Below, piece after piece: positions 56,387-64,000 of a DNA stretch of 64,000 bases (its first letter is position 1; the number at the start of each line of letters is the position of its first letter). A model generated the notes under the pieces. It made no database searches. It was not told where the DNA came from and saw only the letters and a list, made by a program, of their open reading frames with translations. A program made the position numbers and the translations under genes. The stretch spans positions 728,974 through 792,973 of the forward strand of contig JAVLKG010000003.1 in NCBI GenBank assembly GCA_032128875.1, given 5' to 3'. This DNA comes from Candidatus Melainabacteria bacterium 17Bon1m. Its GTDB lineage: Bacteria; Cyanobacteriota; Vampirovibrionia; Obscuribacterales; Obscuribacteraceae.

Positions 56387-57778
56387 CTAATTACGACTGA
56401 GCTTGCCTTCAGACACGATGAATTGTCCATCTACGAGTAAATCTCGCAGGCGTGCGCCACCGGAAATCAGCAGATTGTATGGACACAGCGATTCCTTTTC
56501 GCTGTCGGAAAGAGGGGCGGGTGGCAGAGCAAAAACGGCAATATCGGCGCGTTTGCCTGACTGCAAGCTGCCGATCAAATGATCCATTTTTAGTGCAATC
56601 GCGGCTTCCATCGTCATTGCTTCGACAAGCTGTCTTGCCGTTGGAAGATGGTGCCCGCCTTCTTCTCCTTCGTTTTCGTCAGCATTGTACGGTGCCAGGC
56701 GATGTGCATTGAGTGCGAATTGGGCTTCGGAAAGCAGGCTCAGGTCATCGTTGGATGCCAGGCTGTCTGTGCCCAGCCCGACCGTAATTCCGTGTTCGAG
56801 CATTTTGGAATACGGTGCCAGGCCGTTCTTAAGGCGTGCATTAGAGCGCGGGCAGTGAGCGATCTTGACGTTATGTTCGGACAAAATCGTCAAATCCTCT
56901 CTGTCTGTATGAACTGCGTGCGCGGCTATCAGCCATTCATTTAATAGCCCGTAGTTCTTCAAATGTTTTACCGGCGTGAGGCCTCGCCCAGCCCATCTTG
57001 GTTTTAGCTTTTCTGAGGAAGTTTCGGTTCGCATCGAAAATGCCAAAAACTCGTGAACAATTTCGTTGCTGGCCGCCAACCACTGACATTCCTCTTGCGA
57101 CTCTGCGAGGTGCGCCAAAACAGGCAGGTTGAACTTCTTTGCCCACGTAGCAGCTTTCAACCACAAAGACGGACACACCGTATATGGTGCGTGAGGTGAA
57201 ACAGTAAGAGTCAGGGTTTGCTTTTCCAGCGCTTCTTTTAATGGAGGGAAGTCTGTTTCGCTCAGGGCTTCAAAGCGCGAAAGCCAGTTCGACCAGGTGT
57301 TATCTGATTCAGCGTCGGATAGTCCGAAAATCTCCAAACCGACGACGCCTCTCAGCCCTACTTGAGCCAGAGCCTTGGCTGCTTGTCCGGAAAATGAAGA
57401 ATCGACCACTGTGCTCGTCCCGGTAAAGGCTGCCAGACGGGCTCCGTACAATGCAGATTGAAACCATTTGTCGCCGGGCCACTCTCGGGAGCTGGTTACT
57501 AATCCTTCTATCCATTCGAAAAACGGCAGGTCTGTGGCGAAGGCGCGCAGGGCGGAATAGTCGAGATGCGAGTGCAGGTTGATCAAACCTGGCATTATGA
57601 CCGCGTCTTTATAGTCTTCAGCGCGCTCTATTTGCTGATTTTTGTAAATGCTATTGAACTGTGGTCTGGCATAAACGCCTTCAATAATGCCGTTGTCGAT
57701 CACGACTACGGCGTCGTGGATTGGCTCCCCTACGACAGGAATAGCCCATCTGGCTGCCAGGCAAAGTTTCCCACCCAT
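56387..57778 (-). CDS. Amidohydrolase family protein (MTA/SAH or aminofutalosine deaminase-like)
   Basis: PGLINLHSH, PHAPY, HLAES, AHAVH, HCPRSN, GTDS and GKRAD; start moved to ATG 57778. Confidence 0.92.
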   Translation of the reverse strand: MGGKLCLAARWAIPVVGEPIHDAVVVIDNGIIEGVYARPQFNSIYKNQQIERAEDYKDAVIMPGLINLHSHLDYSALRAFATDLPFFEWIEGLVTSSREWPGDKWFQSALYGARLAAFTGTSTVVDSSFSGQAAKALAQVGLRGVVGLEIFGLSDAESDNTWSNWLSRFEALSETDFPPLKEALEKQTLTLTVSPHAPYTVCPSLWLKAATWAKKFNLPVLAHLAESQEECQWLAASNEIVHEFLAFSMRTETSSEKLKPRWAGRGLTPVKHLKNYGLLNEWLIAAHAVHTDREDLTILSEHNVKIAHCPRSNARLKNGLAPYSKMLEHGITVGLGTDSLASNDDLSLLSEAQFALNAHRLAPYNADENEGEEGGHHLPTARQLVEAMTMEAAIALKMDHLIGSLQSGKRADIAVFALPPAPLSDSEKESLCPYNLLISGGARLRDLLVDGQFIVSEGKLSRN

Positions 57779-57865
57779 GATTCCGTCTTTCTCACTTGCT
57801 CCTGAAAACTTGGCAGGAGCCCTACTTATTGTTGTAATATTATCTTCGTTCGGTGTTTGCGTCTC

Positions 57866-57889
57866 GTAGGGACGGCATACATGCCGCTC
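57866..57889 (+). repeat. GTAG-type REP-like palindrome
   Basis: GTAGGGACGGCATACATGCCGCTC. Confidence 0.55.
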
Positions 57890-58014
57890 GGGTTGCAGCA
57901 TGCGTCTCGAGGCGGCCAGCTTTCTAAGGAAGCGAATCGTTATCGATTCGGTATTCCGAAGGAAGCCAGGGGGCTCGGTTTTGTAGCCGGGTAAAAATTA
58001 GGTAGAAGAGATTC

Positions 58015-58599
58015 GTGAAAATCAGTTATGACGAGCTGAAAACCTTGCCGGGTGGGCGGTTGGAATTCTCATTCAATGAGAATCTGGCTGGTCTTGATGC
58101 GGTAAAGCCGGTTGTCGGTGAACTGCAAGCCGGGCTGTCGGCCGCCGGAATGAGGTTGAGTGGAACGGTCAAGACGCTCTTGAAGCTATCTTGTCATCGT
58201 TGCCTGAAGCCCTATTTCCAAGCGCTGACGGTTGATATAGATGAGCGCTTTGTTAACTTGGTTGAATATGCCGACTTCGCGGGGGCCGAAACCAAGGAGC
58301 GGGAGCTCAAGTACGACGACTTTTTCGAGTATCTTCCTGAAGATGGCTTGCTTGACATCAGCGATGTTGTATATCAAGCTGTTACATTGGCCACCCCGAC
58401 CTATTGCCATTGCGGCGATGAGTGTCCGGGCCTTCCCGAAAAGGAAGCCCGTACTGGTGCGGGTTCCGGGCGTTCCTCGGAATCTGTGGCTTCGTCTTCC
58501 GACGCAGATTTAGAAAGATTAGACGAAAATTCAATTGATCCGCGATGGAAGAACTTAAAGACTCTATTTCAAAAGGGTAAATCTGGCGAAGAGTCGTAG
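58015..58599 (+). CDS. yceD: DUF177/YceD family protein
   Basis: CHRCL, C...C.GL and IDPRWKNLK; upstream of rpmF. Confidence 0.92.
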   Translation: MKISYDELKTLPGGRLEFSFNENLAGLDAVKPVVGELQAGLSAAGMRLSGTVKTLLKLSCHRCLKPYFQALTVDIDERFVNLVEYADFAGAETKERELKYDDFFEYLPEDGLLDISDVVYQAVTLATPTYCHCGDECPGLPEKEARTGAGSGRSSESVASSSDADLERLDENSIDPRWKNLKTLFQKGKSGEES

Positions 58600-58639
58600 A
58601 TAATATTCAATCCGCCAAGGCATGGAGGTCACATAGGCT

Positions 58640-58831
58640 ATGGCACAGCCAAAGAAGAAAACGTCGCACCAGAAGCAGCATCAAAGAAGAGCTCACTGGA
58701 AGGCTGAAGAAATCAATATCGCCAAGTGCAGTAATTGCAGTTCGCCCGCGCGTTCGCACCAAATCTGCATCGTCTGTGGTTATTACGGCGGACGCCCAGC
58801 GCGTCGTCGTGACAACGTAGTTACTGAATAG
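58640..58831 (+). CDS. rpmF: 50S ribosomal protein L32
   Basis: MAQPKKKTS..RRAHW..CSNC..H.IC..CGYY. Confidence 0.97.
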   Translation: MAQPKKKTSHQKQHQRRAHWKAEEINIAKCSNCSSPARSHQICIVCGYYGGRPARRRDNVVTE

Positions 58832-58873
58832 TTTTAGAGACGAGTAGTTGGCAGGGTTTACTGGGAGTCAAAG

Positions 58874-59887
58874 ATGATTCGCATTGCAGTGGACGCCATG
58901 GGTGGGGACTATGCCCCTCGCGAGGTTGTCCACGGTTCTGTAATTGCCGCACGCGAATACGGCGTCGCCGTGCAATTAGTCGGACCTACCGATGCAATTG
59001 AAAAAGAGCTGACGCGTCACGATCACGCCGGTCTCGATATTTCTATTGTTCCTGCCTCCGAAGTCGTGGCCATGGACGAAAAGCCTGGTCGCGCTATTGT
59101 CAAAAAGAAAGATTCGTCGATTGTTGTAGCCACCAAGCGTGTCTCTGATGGACTGGCAGATGGGCTTGTTGCCGCCGGCTCGACCGGAGCAGCTGCAGTC
59201 GCCGCCCAGCTCGGACTCGGACGTATCGCCAACGTAGACCGTTCTGCCATTTGTTGCACCATGCCGGCGACAACAGGCAAATGTCTTCTTGTCGATGTCG
59301 GCGCCAATGTAGACTGCACTCCGCACCAGCTTATGCAATTCGCCGTTATGGGCTCGATTGTGTCGGCTGGTCTTTTCAATAAGAAGAATCCGACAGTCGG
59401 TCTTCTTAATATCGGAACTGAAGAGACGAAAGGCAACGAGCTTGTGCAGGAAGCGTACAAACTTCTCAAGCAACAATCCGGAATCAATTTCATCGGTTTT
59501 GTCGAAGGACGCGATTTCCCTCTCGGTAAAGTTGATGTCACTGTCACGGACGGCTTTACTGGCAACGTCGCTTTGAAGACCGCCGAAGGTATCGCCAACA
59601 TGTGCAAGATCATGTTGCAGCAAGAATTGCTTAGATCGACACGAACAAAACTTGGAGCGGTCGTCATCAAGCCGGCGCTCGACGGGCTGAAGAATCGCGT
59701 CGACCATAATGTTTTCGGTGGCGCCCTTCTGGTCGGCGTCAAAGGTGTTTGTGTCATCGCCCATGGTGGCTCGAAGCACACAGCAATCAAGAACGCGATT
59801 CGCGTAGCTAAAGATATGGTGGCTGCCGATATCGTCAAGAAGATTGAGAACAGCTTCAGCATGACTGCGGCTGGGAGCAAGTCTTGA
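58874..59887 (+). CDS. plsX: Phosphate acyltransferase
   Basis: IAVDAMGGDYAP, DVGANVD, LLNIGTEETKG, DGFTGNVALKTAEG and AHG. Confidence 0.97.
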   Translation: MIRIAVDAMGGDYAPREVVHGSVIAAREYGVAVQLVGPTDAIEKELTRHDHAGLDISIVPASEVVAMDEKPGRAIVKKKDSSIVVATKRVSDGLADGLVAAGSTGAAAVAAQLGLGRIANVDRSAICCTMPATTGKCLLVDVGANVDCTPHQLMQFAVMGSIVSAGLFNKKNPTVGLLNIGTEETKGNELVQEAYKLLKQQSGINFIGFVEGRDFPLGKVDVTVTDGFTGNVALKTAEGIANMCKIMLQQELLRSTRTKLGAVVIKPALDGLKNRVDHNVFGGALLVGVKGVCVIAHGGSKHTAIKNAIRVAKDMVAADIVKKIENSFSMTAAGSKS

Positions 59888-60948
59888 AGTTTTCGCATGG
59901 CGCCCGACTGATTGGTGTCGGAGCTGGTTTGCCCTCTGCAGTGGTTACGAATTTCGACCTTGAGAAACTCGTAGACACATCGGACGAGTGGATCAAAACA
60001 CGCACAGGTATTTCCGAAAGGCGCATCGCGTCAGAAGAGGAAACGACCAGCCAATTGGCTATTGCTGCTGCAAAGGATGCCATTGGATTTGCCGGCATCG
60101 ACCCGCAAGAAATTGAACTTGTCGTCGTCGCCACCTCCACACCGGACAATCTTTATCCGTCTACTGCTTGCATGGTCCAAGCGGCAATCGGCGCAAAACG
60201 TGCTGCCGCCTTCGACATGGAAGCAGCATGCACCGGCATTGTCTATGCGCTTGCAGTTGCACAGCAATTTATAGGATCTGGAACCTTCAAATGCGCGCTC
60301 GTAATTGGAGTGGACATTCACTCGCGTTTTCTCAATTGGGCCGACCGCAATACCTGCATACTTTTCGGTGATGGCGCCGGCGCATTTATCATCAAAGCTG
60401 ACGAGAAAGAAAACGAAATGCTGGGGACTTATTTGCGCGCAGACGGCAGTGGCGGGCACCTTTTGCACATTCCCAACACTGGCTCTGCTTATCCTCATGC
60501 GGGAGTTACACCGCCTACTGCAACACATGGATTTCTCGAAATGAATGGTCGAGCAATCTATGAATTCGCAGTCAACGCAGTGCCAGAAGCGGTGCGTGCT
60601 GCATGCAGCGACGCAGGCATTACTGTTGAAGACATCGACTTTTTGATCCCTCACCAAGCCAATATGCGTATCATCAAGTCAGCTGCGGAGCGGCTTGGCA
60701 TGGCGCCTGAAAAGATCGTCAGCAACGTAAATGAGATGGGGAATACATCTGCCGCGTCCATACCACTTGCAATGTGGCAAGCTCTAAAACGTGGTCAGAT
60801 CCAGGTCGGCTCGACTTGCGCCCTTGTAGGCTTTGGTGGTGGATTGACCTGGGGTTCTGCGATTGTGAAGTGGACGGCGGTTGATCAACGCAAGTCGTCT
60901 CATGATGAAGGTTCGCAAATTACTGAAGTAGAGACGTCCAAAAAGTAA
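59884..60948 (+). CDS. fabH: 3-oxoacyl-ACP synthase III
   Basis: DTSDEWIKTRTGI, AACTG, LFGDGAGA, PHQAN, GNTSAAS and GFGGGLTWG. Confidence 0.97.
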   Translation: MKFSHGARLIGVGAGLPSAVVTNFDLEKLVDTSDEWIKTRTGISERRIASEEETTSQLAIAAAKDAIGFAGIDPQEIELVVVATSTPDNLYPSTACMVQAAIGAKRAAAFDMEAACTGIVYALAVAQQFIGSGTFKCALVIGVDIHSRFLNWADRNTCILFGDGAGAFIIKADEKENEMLGTYLRADGSGGHLLHIPNTGSAYPHAGVTPPTATHGFLEMNGRAIYEFAVNAVPEAVRAACSDAGITVEDIDFLIPHQANMRIIKSAAERLGMAPEKIVSNVNEMGNTSAASIPLAMWQALKRGQIQVGSTCALVGFGGGLTWGSAIVKWTAVDQRKSSHDEGSQITEVETSKK

Positions 60949-61027
60949 CTGCCCTCAATTGGTATCAAGATCATTTTGAATCGTTTTTGAATTGCTTTTG
61001 AATTCTGTTGGTTGAAGGAGAAAAAAA

Positions 61028-61978
61028 ATGAGCAAGCTGGCATGTATCTTCCCGGGACAGGGCTCACAAGCTGTGGGCATGGGGAAAGATCTGGCGGAAA
61101 AATTTCCAGAGGCAAAAAAGCTTTTTGCAGAAATCGACGAAATTGCCGGACGCTCGCTCAGTCAATTGTGCTTTGAAGGTCCAGATACCGAACTGAAGCG
61201 CACTATCAATACTCAGCCGACAATTCTTGCAGTGTCGATGGTCGCATGGCGCTGTTATGAATCCATGGGTGGACCCAAACCATCTTTTGTAGCTGGGCAC
61301 AGTCTCGGTGAATTCTCCGCTCTCTATGCCGCTTCTGCTTTTGATTTGCAGTCGGCTGTAAAACTCGTAGATAAGCGCTCTCAATTGATGGAAGCTTGTC
61401 CGAAAGGTGCGATGTCTGCTGTTATCGGAATGGCGGCGGATAAGCTCGAGGAGATTACAAAAGAAGTTTCAAAAACTCTTGGTGAGCCTAAAGTTGTAAT
61501 CGTCGCCAATTTCAATACCAAAGAACAGCTGGTAATCTCTGGCGATCCTGATGCTGTGGCTGAAGCCGGCACCAGAGCCAAGGCTGGTGGTGCTAAGGTA
61601 ATTCCGTTGCCGGTTGGTGGCGCATTCCATTCACCTCTCATGAAGGCTGCTGCCGATGAGTTTGAAACACTGGTCAAAACTATCGACATCAAGGACGCCG
61701 CATTTCCTGTCGTTCAAAACGTTGATGCTAAGCCGGAAACGAGCGGTGCTGCATTGAAAGAGAAACTCTCGCGTCAAATGCCGAGTTCTGTTCGCTGGTG
61801 TGAAACCATCGAATACATGCTTGGACAGGGCGTCAATACGTTCGTCGAAATCGGACCAGGTAAGGCGCTTGCCGGTATGATCAAGAAAATCGATCGTTCT
61901 GCAAATGTCTATAACGTCTATGATGCGCAGACTCTGGAAGAAACATTGGCAGTGCTCAAAGAGACCGCTAAGGTCTAA
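61028..61978 (+). CDS. fabD: Malonyl-CoA:ACP transacylase
   Basis: FPGQGSQ, GHSLGE, AFHS and EIGPG. Confidence 0.98.
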   Translation: MSKLACIFPGQGSQAVGMGKDLAEKFPEAKKLFAEIDEIAGRSLSQLCFEGPDTELKRTINTQPTILAVSMVAWRCYESMGGPKPSFVAGHSLGEFSALYAASAFDLQSAVKLVDKRSQLMEACPKGAMSAVIGMAADKLEEITKEVSKTLGEPKVVIVANFNTKEQLVISGDPDAVAEAGTRAKAGGAKVIPLPVGGAFHSPLMKAAADEFETLVKTIDIKDAAFPVVQNVDAKPETSGAALKEKLSRQMPSSVRWCETIEYMLGQGVNTFVEIGPGKALAGMIKKIDRSANVYNVYDAQTLEETLAVLKETAKV

Positions 61979-61997
61979 TGTCTACCTAAATCATTAG

Positions 61998-63998
61998 CTA
62001 GTGATCGCGCTTGTATATAAGTGCGGTTGGCATTGTTGCAGCATTGTCTTTCATCCACTTCGTAGCTGAATTTATTACAGTTATTTGATATGTGCCTGGG
62101 AATTGAATTTCCTGCTTCAGTGTTTCTTCCAATTTCATCTCTTCTCTGTTCGGAAGAATGTTGACCACACCAGGAACAACGGCTAGCACGTAGAATTTTT
62201 GATCGGGAAGATACTCCATGATTTTGCGATACAGGTACGCTTCCTTTACGCCTTGGTGCTTGCTCAATATCTCGATGACGGTGTCAACGGTTCTTTGCGG
62301 TAGATCGTGTGAAACGATGAGATCGGACTTGTTCAAGCTCTGTCTTTCGGCTTGCGCGAGTCCTATGACATTCTGATACTCAAACCAGAGTTTGTCTAAA
62401 TCTTTGACCGCTTCATGATTGCGCTTCTTTTCGTAGTACTCGCGCAAATAGGCGCAGGCGTGTAGACCAAACTCTTTCTTTTCTCGTGCCAGTGCTTTCA
62501 GTATTGGAATACCACTTTCGTCATCCTTTTCCAAAAGTATCGTTGCAACGGCATACCGAGCTTCCGCGTGTTGAGGTTCTCGCTCCAGCACCTTTTGAAA
62601 TGCGGCCAATGCAGCAGGAGGTTCATCTCTTACTGCTGTCAGGTTCGCGACTTTCACCAACTCATCTACTGAGAGTTCTTGAGTTTCAGCTTTCCTCTCT
62701 AGTTCGTTCAATTCATTTGCTGCTTCCATAATCTGCGCATGAACAGATTTCCATTGCATGTTGTTGGCGTTGAACCATTGGTCACTGCAATACTGAATTA
62801 TCGAAGGCAACTTCTTTCCGAAATAGAGAGACGCTGCCGATTGCGCTTGCGTCAAATCTAGCGGCAACGAATCGTAAAGGGTTTCCGGCTGCATACTTTC
62901 TTGCGTGAATTTCGCCAGGTGCAGTCGTTCTTTGAGTGAGGGGTGGCTATCTTCGTCGTCGGTAGGTCGCTTGAGCGCTTCGGCTAGTTTTTCAACTGAT
63001 TTGGTTTTGTCGTCCGGTGCGGCTGCAAGCTTTTCGCCGATCTGAAAGTAAACCAAATCTGGCGGAGCATCAACGTCTTTGATAGTGTTTTGGATTGAAG
63101 TCCAAATGTCATTGAGCTGATTTCCTTTTATTTCTGTGAGTGTCAGAGCCTGTCCGCAAATCTTGTTATCTGTGACTTCGATAGCTTGAAGGTCTGCTTG
63201 TTTTTCGTGCTCTCTGGCTATGACAAGAGATGATGCGCTGAAGCGTGGGAAATACCAGTCATAGAATCTGCTCAAAAGTACGAGTGCAATCTGCGAATGC
63301 TGATGCATCGCCACAAGAAGCTGTACCAATCGCACGCGCTGATTGTATATGAATGAGTTGCTTTTGCCGTGGTTGCCGGAAATGTGACCAAATTCGTGAG
63401 CTAGAACAGACTTGAAATGCTGTGGCGGCAATGACTGCATGAGTGGCAGGCCCAGCACGACATAGTTTGCATACCAGCCGAAAAATCCTAAGCGCGGATG
63501 TTGCACCACCATCGCATTGAACTGGTCATCGACCAGTATGTGATCGACTTTGATTTTCAACTGTTCGGACAATTGTGTGACTAGTTCGAACAATTCCGGA
63601 TACTCGCTGCGATCTAGTTCAAGTCCGGCAGGCGGGGCAAGCGAAACCCAGAGCGCACGAATGTATGCAAGAAGAGCAATCAGTAATCCGAATGCGATTT
63701 GTATTCCGATACCGTAGATGTGCTTGGATGCAACCATGATCCAAATCGTGCCAGCCAGCATGAGCACGAGCACCAAAGGCACGAAAAGAATGTAGAGATA
63801 ACCGAGCATCGCAAATGCCAAAACTTTTCGTCTGTAGCCTTTGTAATCTCTTCTTGCTTCTTCTTCGGCTTTGCTGACGCGGCGTGCAATTTCATCTTCC
63901 GGCATCATCTGATGGGCGACGCTTTGGGGCGTCTCCATAGCCGGCATGTTAGTCAGTGTTTTTCTGACCTCAGCTTTTGGTTGTTGGGCTTCGTTCAT
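61998..63998 (-). CDS. Membrane-bound M48 metallopeptidase with TPR-like and C-terminal extension
   Basis: Two TM helices, FNA, HEFGH, E..AD and DSHP, then a TPR-like segment. Confidence 0.88.
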   Translation of the reverse strand: MNEAQQPKAEVRKTLTNMPAMETPQSVAHQMMPEDEIARRVSKAEEEARRDYKGYRRKVLAFAMLGYLYILFVPLVLVLMLAGTIWIMVASKHIYGIGIQIAFGLLIALLAYIRALWVSLAPPAGLELDRSEYPELFELVTQLSEQLKIKVDHILVDDQFNAMVVQHPRLGFFGWYANYVVLGLPLMQSLPPQHFKSVLAHEFGHISGNHGKSNSFIYNQRVRLVQLLVAMHQHSQIALVLLSRFYDWYFPRFSASSLVIAREHEKQADLQAIEVTDNKICGQALTLTEIKGNQLNDIWTSIQNTIKDVDAPPDLVYFQIGEKLAAAPDDKTKSVEKLAEALKRPTDDEDSHPSLKERLHLAKFTQESMQPETLYDSLPLDLTQAQSAASLYFGKKLPSIIQYCSDQWFNANNMQWKSVHAQIMEAANELNELERKAETQELSVDELVKVANLTAVRDEPPAALAAFQKVLEREPQHAEARYAVATILLEKDDESGIPILKALAREKKEFGLHACAYLREYYEKKRNHEAVKDLDKLWFEYQNVIGLAQAERQSLNKSDLIVSHDLPQRTVDTVIEILSKHQGVKEAYLYRKIMEYLPDQKFYVLAVVPGVVNILPNREEMKLEETLKQEIQFPGTYQITVINSATKWMKDNAATMPTALIYKRDH

Positions 63999-64000
63999 TA

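Noticed and set aside
58976-59898. Long antisense ORFs over plsX (also 13564..14247, 22973..23575, 42946..43602, 46711..47400, 55400..55978)
   Set aside because: These are shadow frames of well-supported genes on the opposite strand, with no recognisable motifs.

Overview
A 64 kb bacterial chromosomal segment from a diderm organism (TolC-type channel, kdsB). The cyanobacteria-like housekeeping genes plus expanded kinase-LRR and TonB-C-like families suggest non-photosynthetic Cyanobacteriota (Melainabacteria/Obscuribacterales); this placement is inference only. The left ~6 kb looks like a decayed accessory island abutting the 3' end of tRNA-fMet. It holds an efflux operon tail with a 42-bp coding tandem repeat, a MarR gene with two operators, a QueG/RdhA-like Fe-S protein fused to an SCP2-like domain, an excisionase remnant and a 12-bp repeat array. 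The rest is mostly core genes: dtd, two tandem thymidylate-kinase-like genes, kdsB, GDPD, DAACS symporter, yggT, thiL, folD, cinA, queA, queG, secDF and yceD-rpmF-plsX-fabH-fabD. Lineage-specific signalling and envelope genes are interspersed. Most interesting: (1) a hydrolase, LRR receptor kinase and LRR receptor pseudokinase cluster, with stacked synonymous-variant copies of the kinase gene's 3' end; (2) a MarR-controlled cobalamin/Fe-S reductase-SCP2 fusion distinct from the true QueG; (3) a canonical plus degenerate-P-loop TMK-like pair; (4) a c-di-GMP receptor set (two degenerate GGDEFs and a stand-alone MshEN-like protein); (5) two unannotated candidate structured RNAs; (6) REP-like palindrome families. 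I found no CRISPR array, rRNA, or intact transposase or integrase.
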